Below are positions 1 to 10,666 of a DNA stretch of 64,000 bases, one piece after another. Source of the stretch: Escherichia coli. GTDB lineage: Bacteria > Pseudomonadota > Gammaproteobacteria > Enterobacterales > Enterobacteriaceae. A program made the position numbers and the translations under genes. The stretch is taken from NCBI RefSeq assembly GCF_003334335.1, contig NZ_QOWQ01000019.1; one strand, 5' to 3'. Positions within the stretch are counted from its first letter, which is position 1. Each line of letters starts with the position of its first letter. The notes beneath the pieces are model-generated. The model saw only the letters and a program-made list of their open reading frames with translations. It did no database searches and was not told where the DNA came from.

Positions 1-2116
1 GAGCGAACAGCCGATTCGTTCCGCTTATCTCATTTCCCAGGCTGATTTTGTTGGCTGCCACCAGTTGCAGTTTATCGATAAATATCAGATGGCTGAGCGT
101 TTAAAACCTGGCGGCATTTTCCTGCTCAACACGCCGTACAGCGCAGATGAAGTGTGGTCGCGCTTGCCGCAAGAAGTTCAGGCCGTGTTAAACCAGAAAA
201 AAGCGCGCTTCTATGTGATTAACGCGGCGAAAATCGCCCGCGAATGTGGCCTGGCGGCCCGTATTAATACCGTCATGCAGATGGCTTTTTTCCATCTGAC
301 GCAAATTCTGCCTGGCGATAGCGCCCTCGCAGAATTGCAGGGTGCGATTGCCAAAAGTTACAGTAGCAAAGGCCAGGATCTGGTGGAACGCAACTGGCAG
401 GCTCTGGCGCTGGCGCGTGAATCCGTAGAAGAAGTTCCGTTGCAACCGGTAAATCCGCACAGCGCCAATCGACCGCCAGTGGTTTCCGATGCCGCCCCTG
501 ATTTCGTGAAAACCGTAACCGCTGCGATGCTCGCCGGGCTTGGTGACGCCCTCCCCGTTTCGGCGCTGCCGCCAGACGGCACCTGGCCGATGGGCACTAC
601 GCGCTGGGAAAAACGCAATATCGCCGAAGAGATCCCCATCTTGAAAGAGGAACTCTGTACCCAATGTAACCACTGCGTTGCCGCTTGCCCACACTCAGCT
701 ATTCGCGCAAAAGTGGTGCCGCCTGAAGCGATGGAAAACGCCCCTGCCAGCCTGCATTCGCTGGATGTGAAATCGCGTGATATGCGCGGGCAGAAATATG
801 TCTTGCAGGTGGCACCGGAAGATTGCACCGGTTGTAACCTGTGCGTCGAAGTTTGCCCGGCGAAAGACCGTCAGAATCCAGAGATTAAAGCCATCAATAT
901 GATGTCTCGCCTGGAACATGTCGAAGAAGAGAAAATCAATTACGATTTCTTCCTCAACCTGCCAGAAATCGACCGTAGCAAACTGGAACGTATTGATATT
1001 CGTACATCGCAGCTGATTACACCGCTGTTTGAATATTCAGGTGCTTGCTCCGGTTGTGGCGAGACGCCGTATATTAAATTACTGACTCAGCTCTATGGCG
1101 ACCGGATGTTGATCGCTAACGCCACTGGCTGTTCTTCAATTTATGGCGGTAACCTGCCCTCTACACCGTATACCACCGATGCCAACGGTCGTGGGCCGGC
1201 ATGGGCGAACTCTCTATTTGAAGATAATGCCGAATTTGGCCTTGGTTTCCGCCTGACGGTCGATCAACACCGTGTCCGCGTGCTGCGTCTGCTGGATCAA
1301 TTTGCCGATAAAATCCCGGCGGAATTACTGACGGCGTTGAAATCAGACGCCACGCCAGAGGTTCGTCGTGAACAGGTTGCAGCTTTACGCCAGCAACTCA
1401 ACGATGTTGCCGAAGCACATGAACTGCTACGTGATGCAGATGCACTGGTGGAAAAATCAATCTGGCTGATTGGTGGTGATGGCTGGGCTTACGATATCGG
1501 CTTTGGCGGTCTGGATCATGTATTGAGTTTGACGGAAAACGTCAACATTCTGGTGCTGGATACGCAATGCTATTCCAACACCGGTGGTCAGGCGTCGAAA
1601 GCGACACCGCTGGGTGCAGTAACTAAATTTGGCGAGCACGGCAAACGTAAAGCGCGTAAAGATCTTGGCGTCAGTATGATGATGTACGGTCATGTTTATG
1701 TGGCGCAGATTTCTCTCGGCGCGCAGCTGAACCAGACGGTGAAAGCGATTCAGGAAGCGGAAGCGTATCCGGGGCCATCGCTGATCATTGCTTATAGCCC
1801 GTGTGAAGAGCATGGTTACGATCTGGCACTCAGCCACGACCAGATGCGCCAACTCACAGCTACCGGCTTCTGGCCGCTATATCGCTTTGATCCGCGTCGT
1901 GCCGATGAAGGCAAACTGCCGCTGGCCTTGGATTCACGCCCGCCGTCAGAAGCACTGGAAGAAACGTTACTTCACGAGCAACGTTTCCGTCGGCTGAATT
2001 CGCAGCAGCCAGAAGTGGCAGAACAGTTATGGAAAGATGCTGCAGCTGATTTGCAAAAACGCTATGACTTCCTGGCACAAATGGCCGGAAAAGCGGAAAA
2101 AAGCAACACCGATTAA
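1..2116 (+). CDS. ydbK: pyruvate:flavodoxin oxidoreductase (PFOR), C-terminal part; 5' end lies outside the window
   Basis: Frame is open from position 2 to the stop at 2116; the translation carries two Cys-rich 4Fe-4S ferredoxin motifs (CTQCNHCVAACP, CTGCNLCVEVCP) and a TPP-binding GDGW region typical of PFOR/NifJ; matches recalled E. coli YdbK C-terminus. Confidence 0.9.
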   Translation, partial: SEQPIRSAYLISQADFVGCHQLQFIDKYQMAERLKPGGIFLLNTPYSADEVWSRLPQEVQAVLNQKKARFYVINAAKIARECGLAARINTVMQMAFFHLTQILPGDSALAELQGAIAKSYSSKGQDLVERNWQALALARESVEEVPLQPVNPHSANRPPVVSDAAPDFVKTVTAAMLAGLGDALPVSALPPDGTWPMGTTRWEKRNIAEEIPILKEELCTQCNHCVAACPHSAIRAKVVPPEAMENAPASLHSLDVKSRDMRGQKYVLQVAPEDCTGCNLCVEVCPAKDRQNPEIKAINMMSRLEHVEEEKINYDFFLNLPEIDRSKLERIDIRTSQLITPLFEYSGACSGCGETPYIKLLTQLYGDRMLIANATGCSSIYGGNLPSTPYTTDANGRGPAWANSLFEDNAEFGLGFRLTVDQHRVRVLRLLDQFADKIPAELLTALKSDATPEVRREQVAALRQQLNDVAEAHELLRDADALVEKSIWLIGGDGWAYDIGFGGLDHVLSLTENVNILVLDTQCYSNTGGQASKATPLGAVTKFGEHGKRKARKDLGVSMMMYGHVYVAQISLGAQLNQTVKAIQEAEAYPGPSLIIAYSPCEEHGYDLALSHDQMRQLTATGFWPLYRFDPRRADEGKLPLALDSRPPSEALEETLLHEQRFRRLNSQQPEVAEQLWKDAAADLQKRYDFLAQMAGKAEKSNTD

Positions 2117-2145
2117 ATGCTCTGGATAAGGATTATCCAATTCTA

Positions 2146-2178
2146 AAAAAAAAGCCCGGACGACTGTTCGGGCTTGTC
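2146..2178. terminator. bidirectional rho-independent terminator shared by ydbK and micC
   Basis: A-run, hairpin GCCCGGACGACTGTTCGGGC, then T-rich tract; reads as a terminator on both strands. Confidence 0.7.
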
Positions 2179-2255
2179 TTTTTATATGTTGGAAAATCAG
2201 TGGCAATGCAATGGCCCAACAGAAAATAAAATCTGTGACAATAAAGGCATATAAC
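2146..2255 (-). ncRNA. micC: MicC small regulatory RNA (Hfq-dependent, ompC-targeting)
   Basis: Reverse complement reads GTTATATGCCTTTATTGTCACAGATTTTATTTTCTGTTGGGCCATTGCATTGCCACTGATTTTCCAACATATAAAAAGACAAGCCCGAACAGTCGTCCGGGCTTTTTTT, matching the recalled MicC sequence; sits divergent from ompN as in K-12. Confidence 0.85.
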
Positions 2256-2482
2256 CCGCGCAGAATAACGTATAGCAAATTAAAAGTATAATTTTTATTT
2301 TGTATGTATTATCTTCGATACATTCACCAGACTTATTATCATTTCAGAGGAATTATTTGATTAAGGTTTTACTTAAGGCGTAACAAATGATATTTATCGG
2401 CTAACTGAACTTCTCCTTTAGGATGTTTTCACTCCCCGAAATGGGGATAAAAGGCAAATAAAATAACTAAAGGATTTATTCA

Positions 2483-3616
2483 ATGAAAAGCAAAGTACTG
2501 GCACTTTTAATTCCTGCCCTGCTCGCCGCAGGTGCTGCACATGCAGCCGAAGTTTATAATAAAGACGGCAACAAATTAGATCTGTATGGCAAAGTTGATG
2601 GCCTGCATTATTTTTCTGATAATTCAGCGAAAGATGGCGACCAGAGCTATGCGCGTCTGGGTTTTAAAGGCGAAACCCAAATTAACGATCAACTCACTGG
2701 CTACGGTCAATGGGAATACAATATTCAGGCAAACAACACTGAATCTTCAAAAAACCAGTCATGGACCCGTCTGGCATTTGCCGGGCTGAAATTTGCAGAT
2801 TACGGTTCTTTCGATTACGGACGTAATTATGGCGTAATGTACGACATCGAAGGCTGGACCGATATGCTGCCTGAATTTGGCGGTGACTCTTATACCAATG
2901 CAGACAACTTTATGACTGGTCGAGCCAATGGCGTCGCGACTTATCGTAATACTGATTTCTTCGGTCTGGTAAATGGTCTGAACTTCGCGGTGCAGTATCA
3001 AGGTAACAACGAAGGAGCCAGTAATGGTCAGGAAGGCACCAACAACGGACGTGATGTTCGCCATGAAAACGGTGACGGCTGGGGTCTTTCCACAACATAT
3101 GATTTAGGCATGGGCTTTAGCGCTGGTGCGGCATACACCTCTTCTGACCGCACCAATGACCAGGTTAACCATACTGCGGCGGGTGGTGATAAAGCAGACG
3201 CGTGGACTGCTGGGCTAAAATACGATGCTAACAATATTTACCTGGCAACCATGTATTCAGAAACGCGTAATATGACCCCGTTTGGCGACAGCGATTATGC
3301 TGTGGCAAACAAAACCCAGAATTTTGAAGTCACTGCACAGTACCAGTTTGATTTTGGTCTGCGTCCGGCAGTCTCTTTCCTGATGTCTAAAGGCCGTGAC
3401 CTGCACGCTGCGGGTGGTGCAGACAACCCGGCAGGTGTTGATGATAAAGATCTGGTTAAATACGCCGATATTGGCGCGACTTACTATTTCAATAAAAACA
3501 TGTCCACCTACGTTGACTATAAAATCAACCTGTTGGATGAAGATGACAGCTTCTACGCTGCCAATGGCATCTCTACCGATGATATTGTCGCTTTAGGTCT
3601 GGTTTATCAGTTCTAA
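2483..3616 (+). CDS. ompN: outer membrane porin N (OmpC/OmpF family)
   Basis: 377 aa; signal peptide [21 protein letters not shown]; C-terminal ...LVYQF porin signature; matches recalled OmpN. Confidence 0.92.
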   Translation: MKSKVLALLIPALLAAGAAHAAEVYNKDGNKLDLYGKVDGLHYFSDNSAKDGDQSYARLGFKGETQINDQLTGYGQWEYNIQANNTESSKNQSWTRLAFAGLKFADYGSFDYGRNYGVMYDIEGWTDMLPEFGGDSYTNADNFMTGRANGVATYRNTDFFGLVNGLNFAVQYQGNNEGASNGQEGTNNGRDVRHENGDGWGLSTTYDLGMGFSAGAAYTSSDRTNDQVNHTAAGGDKADAWTAGLKYDANNIYLATMYSETRNMTPFGDSDYAVANKTQNFEVTAQYQFDFGLRPAVSFLMSKGRDLHAAGGADNPAGVDDKDLVKYADIGATYYFNKNMSTYVDYKINLLDEDDSFYAANGISTDDIVALGLVYQF

Positions 3617-3624
3617 ATCCTCCT

Positions 3625-3650
3625 GCCCGCTGTTATGGCGGGCTTTTTCT
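3625..3650 (+). terminator. rho-independent terminator after ompN
   Basis: Hairpin GCCCGC-tgttatg-GCGGGC followed by TTTTT. Confidence 0.6.
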
Positions 3651-3675
3651 GCTTATTCTTCCTCCTTTGATCTAA

Positions 3676-4191
<516 letters not shown>

Positions 4192-4198
4192 CACTAAC

Positions 4199-4224
4199 GC
4201 CCGCACATTGCTGCGGGCTTTTTG
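4199..4224 (+). terminator. rho-independent terminator after uspF
   Basis: Hairpin GCCCGCA-cattgc-TGCGGGC followed by TTTTT. Confidence 0.6.
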
Positions 4225-4367
4225 ATTCATTTCGCAAATGTGCTGACATTTTCCCCTCTAATCCGTACCATACACGCCACAGTTTTTTATATCAGATTTC
4301 TTATGCTGGGCGTTCCGGCATGACGCATACTCTTCTGATGCCATATAACGAATTGAGTCGCTTTTAA

Positions 4368-5303
4368 ATGTCGCAAAATCAAGAAATTAGTAAGAAAGAA
4401 CAATACAACCTGAACAAATTACAAAAACGTCTGCGTCGTAACGTGGGCGAAGCCATTGCTGACTTCAATATGATTGAAGAAGGCGATCGCATCATGGTTT
4501 GCCTCTCCGGGGGTAAAGACAGCTATACCATGCTGGAGATTCTGCGCAATTTGCAGCAAAGCGCGCCAATCAATTTTTCGCTGGTGGCTGTTAACCTCGA
4601 TCAAAAGCAACCGGGCTTCCCGGAACACGTTCTGCCCGAGTATCTTGAAAAGCTGGGCGTTGAGTACAAGATTGTTGAAGAGAATACTTACGGTATCGTG
4701 AAAGAGAAGATTCCAGAGGGCAAAACCACTTGCTCACTGTGTTCTCGCCTTCGTCGCGGTATCCTTTATCGTACCGCAACGGAACTGGGGGCGACGAAGA
4801 TCGCGTTGGGTCACCATCGTGACGATATCCTGCAAACGTTGTTCTTAAATATGTTCTACGGCGGTAAGATGAAAGGTATGCCTCCGAAACTGATGAGCGA
4901 TGATGGCAAACATATCGTTATTCGTCCGCTGGCCTACTGCCGCGAGAAAGATATTCAGCGATTTGCCGATGCAAAAGCGTTCCCGATTATTCCGTGCAAC
5001 CTGTGCGGTTCACAGCCTAACCTGCAACGTCAGGTGATTGCTGACATGTTGCGTGACTGGGATAAACGTTATCCAGGGCGTATCGAGACGATGTTCAGCG
5101 CGATGCAGAATGTGGTGCCGTCGCATCTGTGCGATACCAACCTGTTCGATTTCAAAGGCATCACCCACGGTTCTGAAGTGGTTAACGGGGGTGATCTGGC
5201 GTTTGATCGCGAAGAGATCCCACTACAACCGGCGTGCTGGCAGCCAGAAGAAGATGAAAATCAGTTGGATGAGTTACGGCTGAATGTGGTTGAAGTGAAA
5301 TAA
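4368..5303 (+). CDS. ttcA: tRNA 2-thiocytidine(32) synthetase
   Basis: 311 aa; PP-loop SGGKDS motif and CxxC pairs; N-terminus [56 protein letters not shown] matches recalled TtcA. Confidence 0.92.
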   Translation: MSQNQEISKKEQYNLNKLQKRLRRNVGEAIADFNMIEEGDRIMVCLSGGKDSYTMLEILRNLQQSAPINFSLVAVNLDQKQPGFPEHVLPEYLEKLGVEYKIVEENTYGIVKEKIPEGKTTCSLCSRLRRGILYRTATELGATKIALGHHRDDILQTLFLNMFYGGKMKGMPPKLMSDDGKHIVIRPLAYCREKDIQRFADAKAFPIIPCNLCGSQPNLQRQVIADMLRDWDKRYPGRIETMFSAMQNVVPSHLCDTNLFDFKGITHGSEVVNGGDLAFDREEIPLQPACWQPEEDENQLDELRLNVVEVK

Positions 5304-5312
5304 CCAGGATAG

Positions 5313-5383
5313 CGCCCGATGCGCAAGCGTATCGGGCTACTCTTATGGAGGCCGGATAAGACGCGGCCAGCGTCGCATCCGGC
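5313..5383. repeat. REP (repetitive extragenic palindromic) pair between ttcA and dbpA
   Basis: GCCCGATGCGCAAGCGTATCGGGC and GCCGGATAAGACGCGGCCAGCGTCGCATCCGGC, typical REP palindromes. Confidence 0.6.
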
Positions 5384-5431
5384 AATCCCGAATAAGATGT
5401 TTACTCTTGCACCCGGCAATTCAACATTTCA

Positions 5432-6805
5432 TTATTTTAATAACCGCACCCGGCACGTTTTTCCTTTAATCTTCCCGCCCTGTAACTGTTTCCATGCTTT
5501 ATGAGCAACAGCCTGACGGACCGCGACATAGACATGCGCCGGATGCACGGCGATTTTGCCAATATCTGCGCCATCAAGCCCGATATCTCCTGTCAGTGCA
5601 CCTAATACATCACCCGGGCGCATTTTGGCTTTTTTCCCGCCATCGATACACAACGTTGCCATTTCTGCTTCCAGCGTCGCAATGGAACTATTAGCTGGCG
5701 GCGTTTGCCAGTTAAGTTTTATCTGCAACATGTCAGAAATGATATTGGCCCGCTGTGCTTCTTCCGGAGCACAGAAACTGATCGCCAGACCGCTATTTCC
5801 TGCACGAGCTGTACGACCGATGCGATGTACATGAACTTCAGGGTCCCACGCCAGCTCAAAGTTCACCACCAGCTCAAGCGATTTAATATCCAGACCACGC
5901 GCAGCAACATCAGTCGCGACCAGTACACGGGCGCTACCGTTAGCAAAACGTACCAGGGTCTGATCGCGATCGCGTTGCTCCAAATCGCCGTGTAATGACA
6001 ATGCACTTTGCCCTACTTCATTCAGCGCGTCGCAGACAGCCTGGCAATCTTTTTTGGTATTGCAAAACACCACGCAAGAGGATGGCTGATGCAAGCTTAA
6101 TAACCGTTGCAACAGAGGAATTTTGCCTTTGCTGGATGTCTCATAAAATTGTTGTTCAATGGGTGGCAAAGCATCTGTTGAGTCAATTTCAATCGCCAAA
6201 GGATCGCGTTGCACTCGTCCGCTGATTGCAGCGATGGCTTCCGGCCAGGTTGCCGAAAACAGAAGCGTCTGTCGAGATGCAGGCGCAAAACGGATGACAT
6301 CATCAATGGCATCGCTAAATCCCATATCCAGCATGCGGTCGGCCTCATCCATCACCAGCGTATTCAACGCATCCAGTGATACCGTGCCTTTTTGCAGGTG
6401 ATCCAGCAAACGCCCCGGCGTTGCCACGATAATATGCGGCGCATGTTGCAACGAATCACGCTGCATACCGAACGGTTGACCACCGCACAACGTCAAAATT
6501 TTGGTATTTGGCAGAAAACGCGCCAGCCGACGCAATTCACCTGCCACCTGATCCGCCAGTTCACGCGTAGGACACAGCACTAAAGCCTGGGTTTGAAATA
6601 GCGACGCATCAATTTGCTGTAACAAGCCGAGGCCAAAAGCCGCCGTTTTGCCGCTGCCGGTTTTCGCCTGCACGCGAACATCTTTTCCGGCAAGGATCGC
6701 CGGAAGCGCGGCGGCCTGCACCGGCGTCATGGTTAAATAACCCAACTCATTAAGGTTCGTGAGTTGGGCGGGAGGCAAAACATTCAGGGTAGAAAAAGCG
6801 GTCAC
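5432..6805 (-). CDS. dbpA: ATP-dependent RNA helicase DbpA (DEAD-box, 23S rRNA-specific)
   Basis: 457 aa; GTG start at 6805; Walker A AKTGSGKT, DEAD box, SAT motif; matches recalled DbpA N-terminus (M)TAFSTLNVLPPAQLTNLNELGY. Confidence 0.93.
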   Translation of the reverse strand: MTAFSTLNVLPPAQLTNLNELGYLTMTPVQAAALPAILAGKDVRVQAKTGSGKTAAFGLGLLQQIDASLFQTQALVLCPTRELADQVAGELRRLARFLPNTKILTLCGGQPFGMQRDSLQHAPHIIVATPGRLLDHLQKGTVSLDALNTLVMDEADRMLDMGFSDAIDDVIRFAPASRQTLLFSATWPEAIAAISGRVQRDPLAIEIDSTDALPPIEQQFYETSSKGKIPLLQRLLSLHQPSSCVVFCNTKKDCQAVCDALNEVGQSALSLHGDLEQRDRDQTLVRFANGSARVLVATDVAARGLDIKSLELVVNFELAWDPEVHVHRIGRTARAGNSGLAISFCAPEEAQRANIISDMLQIKLNWQTPPANSSIATLEAEMATLCIDGGKKAKMRPGDVLGALTGDIGLDGADIGKIAVHPAHVYVAVRQAVAHKAWKQLQGGKIKGKTCRVRLLK

Positions 6806-6834
6806 AATCTATTCTCGTGGTCATCGACGCAAAG

Positions 6835-7008
6835 TTAGCAGGCGCGTATCCTCGCAGATCTACGCTCACGATGCGACAATTTAATCGGTTCTTCATCGGG
6901 TGGTGGGTCAGGCATGGGTTGCGGGCGAGGGATCGGATCGGGCACTGGAACAGGATCGCCAGGAATCGGTTCAGGGACAGGAATTTGCAAATAAATAAGT
7001 GTCGTCAT
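6835..7008 (-). CDS. candidate small proline-rich protein (57 aa), not in the supplied ORF track
   Basis: ATG at 7008 preceded by GAGGGA; translation MTTLIYLQIPVPEPIPGDPVPVPDPIPRPQPMPDPPPDEEPIKLSHRERRSARIRAC; alternating Pro codons with varied third positions; stop 29 bp upstream of dbpA on the same strand. Confidence 0.3.
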   Translation of the reverse strand: MTTLIYLQIPVPEPIPGDPVPVPDPIPRPQPMPDPPPDEEPIKLSHRERRSARIRAC

Positions 7009-7065
7009 ATTTCCCTCTGGTCATTGGGTGGACTCTTAAAGGGTAGACGCTGATAAATAACAGGC

Positions 7066-7187
7066 AAAAAAAAGCCGACTCATCAAAGTCGGCGTCGTAC
7101 GAATCAATTGTGCTATGCAGTAATTCAAAAAAGGAAGTAAGACAATATGGAGCGCAACGCCCATCGCTTGACGTTGCATTCACCTGC
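7066..7187 (-). ncRNA. fnrS: FnrS small RNA (FNR-activated, Hfq-dependent)
   Basis: Reverse complement reads GCAGGTGAATGCAACGTCAAGCGATGGGCGTTGCGCTCCATATTGTCTTACTTCCTTTTTTGAATTACTGCATAGCACAATTGATTCGTACGACGCCGACTTTGATGAGTCGGCTTTTTTTT, matching recalled FnrS; intrinsic terminator at the 3' end. Confidence 0.85.
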
Positions 7188-7222
7188 AAGAGAGATATTG
7201 CCCTGAATGGGTAGAGAGTTTA

Positions 7223-7236
7223 TTGACTTCGCTCAA
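7223..7236 (-). promoter_or_regulatory. FNR-box-like site upstream of fnrS
   Basis: Minus strand TTGAGCGAAGTCAA resembles the FNR consensus TTGAT-N4-ATCAA, about 40 bp upstream of the fnrS 5' end. Confidence 0.55.
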
Positions 7237-7282
7237 ACTTTGCGGCGTTTTTGTATACAGACAGCCGGAAAAATTGCTTTTG

Positions 7283-8287
<1,005 letters not shown>

Positions 8288-8520
8288 TTATTTTGTAGTC
8301 TAGCCTTCTGGCCCTGTTACGCAACATCTCATCACCCCATTACCCTGAAATGATTAATAAAATTCTGTCTAAATTGAATACAAAAAGCAAAATGCTTTTC
8401 CGTATACAAACCGTGTGAAGTGTTAAATAGCGTCTATCATTATCAGAATTATCTGATCATATGACGTGGCTTTTTTGCGATCGGATAGCAACAAAAATTG
8501 ATAAAAATAACGGGATCTCA

Positions 8521-9753
8521 ATGATTACGCACAACTTCAATACCCTGGACTTACTCACCAGTCCTGTCTGGATCGTTTCGCCCTTTGAGGAACAGTTAAT
8601 TTATGCCAATAGCGCGGCGAAACTGTTGATGCAAGACCTCACGTTTAGTCAGCTACGAACCGGACCCTATTCCGTCTCCTCACAAAAAGAACTGCCGAAA
8701 TACCTCTCCGATCTGCAAAACCAACACGATATTATCGAAATCCTCACTGTTCAGCGTAAAGAAGAGGAAACAGCATTGAGCTGTCGGCTTGTTTTGCGAA
8801 AGCTGACAGAAACAGAACCGGTGATTATTTTCGAAGGTATCGAAGCGCCGGCAACGCTGGGTTTAAAAGCCAGTCGCTCGGCAAATTATCAGCGCAAAAA
8901 ACAAGGTTTTTATGCGCGCTTTTTTCTGACTAACTCTGCACCAATGTTGTTGATTGACCCGTCACGAGATGGACAAATCGTCGATGCTAACCTCGCCGCG
9001 CTCAATTTCTATGGTTATAACCATGAAACGATGTGCCAGAAACATACCTGGGAAATAAATATGCTCGGGCGTCGCGTCATGCCTATCATGCATGAAATCT
9101 CGCATTTACCCGGTGGTCATAAACCTTTGAATTTTGTTCATAAACTGGCGGATGGTTCGACTCGTCATGTGCAGACCTATGCCGGACCGATTGAAATTTA
9201 TGGCGACAAGCTCATGTTATGTATTGTGCATGATATTACTGAGCAAAAACGGCTGGAGGAGCAGCTGGAACATGCTGCTCACCATGACGCGATGACCGGA
9301 TTACTGAATCGGCGACAGTTTTATCACATTACGGAACCAGGCCAAATGCAGCATCTCGCCATCGCTCAGGATTACAGCTTGTTGCTCATCGACACCGATC
9401 GTTTTAAACACATTAACGATCTCTATGGGCATTCTAAAGGTGATGAGGTGTTATGCGCCCTCGCCCGCACCCTCGAAAGTTGCGCTCGCAAAGGCGATTT
9501 GGTGTTTCGTTGGGGAGGCGAAGAGTTTGTCTTATTGCTACCAAGAACCCCACTGGATACCGCGCTTTCGCTGGCTGAAACTATCCGCGTAAGCGTGGCA
9601 AAAGTGAGTATTTCGGGCTTACCACGCTTTACCGTCAGCATTGGTGTGGCGCATCACGAAGGAAATGAAAGCATCGATGAACTGTTTAAACGCGTTGATG
9701 ATGCTTTGTATCGGGCGAAAAATGATGGACGCAACCGCGTGCTGGCGGCATAA
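8521..9753 (+). CDS. dgcM: diguanylate cyclase DgcM (PAS + GGDEF)
   Basis: 410 aa from ATG 8521; N-terminus MITHNFNTLDLL matches recalled DgcM (YdaM); GGEEF active-site motif in RWGGEEFVLL; the track ORF from 8461 is an upstream extension. Confidence 0.88.
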   Translation: MITHNFNTLDLLTSPVWIVSPFEEQLIYANSAAKLLMQDLTFSQLRTGPYSVSSQKELPKYLSDLQNQHDIIEILTVQRKEEETALSCRLVLRKLTETEPVIIFEGIEAPATLGLKASRSANYQRKKQGFYARFFLTNSAPMLLIDPSRDGQIVDANLAALNFYGYNHETMCQKHTWEINMLGRRVMPIMHEISHLPGGHKPLNFVHKLADGSTRHVQTYAGPIEIYGDKLMLCIVHDITEQKRLEEQLEHAAHHDAMTGLLNRRQFYHITEPGQMQHLAIAQDYSLLLIDTDRFKHINDLYGHSKGDEVLCALARTLESCARKGDLVFRWGGEEFVLLLPRTPLDTALSLAETIRVSVAKVSISGLPRFTVSIGVAHHEGNESIDELFKRVDDALYRAKNDGRNRVLAA

Positions 9754-9773
9754 GCCGCGGATGCGTCTCGAGA

Positions 9774-10337
9774 TCAACGACTGCGCTTAGCGTGGCGCTC
9801 CCAGTTTTCTTGCTTCGCCTGCGCCGTTTTACGTAGTGCGACGTAACACGCCCCGCTGCCGCCATGATGCGGTAGCGCGGTGCAATATGCCTGAACATCA
9901 TCAAATTCGGTCAGCCAGCGCGCCACATAGCTGCGGACAATATTGGCATGCGATTTATCATCCCGCCCTTTACCATGAATAATCAGCACGTTACGCAAAC
10001 CATCCGCCAGGGCTTGTTGAATAAAACTGAACACCATTTTGCGGCACTCTTCCACCGGCTGGCGCAAAAGATTCAGGCTCGCCTGTTGCGGATATTTACC
10101 ACTGCGCAGCTTATCCAGCACCCCATGTTGCAACCCTTCCCGCCGAAACTCCAGCGGCTGACTTAGTGGGATGATGTCGAGAAATCCGGTGGTGAGGAAA
10201 TTATCAAGCTGCAGCGTGTCGATACGCTGCGGCGCACGTTGGTTACGCGTTGGATGCCAGTGGACATCGGTAGCACGTTTCAGCGGCTGGACATCTTCCA
10301 TGGCGTCAAGAAACAGCGATTTGTCGTCAAGGTTCAT
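9774..10337 (-). CDS. smrA: Smr-domain DNA endonuclease SmrA
   Basis: 187 aa; N-terminus MNLDDKSLFLDAMEDVQPLKRA matches recalled YdaL/SmrA; Smr-like LIIHGKGRDDKS segment. Confidence 0.85.
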   Translation of the reverse strand: MNLDDKSLFLDAMEDVQPLKRATDVHWHPTRNQRAPQRIDTLQLDNFLTTGFLDIIPLSQPLEFRREGLQHGVLDKLRSGKYPQQASLNLLRQPVEECRKMVFSFIQQALADGLRNVLIIHGKGRDDKSHANIVRSYVARWLTEFDDVQAYCTALPHHGGSGACYVALRKTAQAKQENWERHAKRSR

Positions 10338-10564
10338 GTTACATCCTCCCGCAATTAAGAGCGCGATATGATAACCAGACCGGGTCGGTCCAACAACGTA
10401 TTACCCAAATTTCCAGTAATAAGTTCCAAATATTGCCGATATTTTAAGCAAAATACTTATGCATGATTATTCATTCACGATATTAATAATGTAACTTATA
10501 TTTTCGTGAAATCTGTCACTGAAGAAAATTGGCAACTAAAGGTTAAAACCGTTATAACACAGTC

Positions 10565-10659
10565 ACCGGCGCAGAGGAGACAATGCCGGATTTAAGACGC
10601 GGATGCACTGCTGTGTGTACTGTAGAGTCTGGCGGATGTCGACAGACTCTATTTTTTTA
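10565..10659 (+). ncRNA. mcaS: McaS (IsrA) small RNA
   Basis: ACCGGCGCAGAGGAGACAATGCCGGATTTAAGACGCGGATGCACTGCTGTGTGTACTGTAGAGTCTGGCGGATGTCGACAGACTCTATTTTTTT matches recalled McaS; ends in a hairpin plus T-run abutting the abgR stop. Confidence 0.8.
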
Positions 10660-10666
10660 TGCAGTT

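Noticed and set aside
188-919. Antisense ORFs of 74-168 aa inside ydbK; similar shadow ORFs lie inside dbpA, ycjT, ycjS/ycjR, ycjQ, ycjF, puuC, puuE, sapA and others
   Set aside because: Each is wholly embedded opposite a well-supported gene with an odd amino-acid composition; these are typical shadow ORFs of GC-rich coding sequence.
6817-7053. 78-aa plus-strand ORF (MVIDAKLAGAYPRR...) between dbpA and fnrS
   Set aside because: Arg/Trp-rich translation typical of the antisense frame of a Pro-rich region; no ribosome-binding site; the minus-strand Pro-rich ORF at 6835-7008 is the better candidate.
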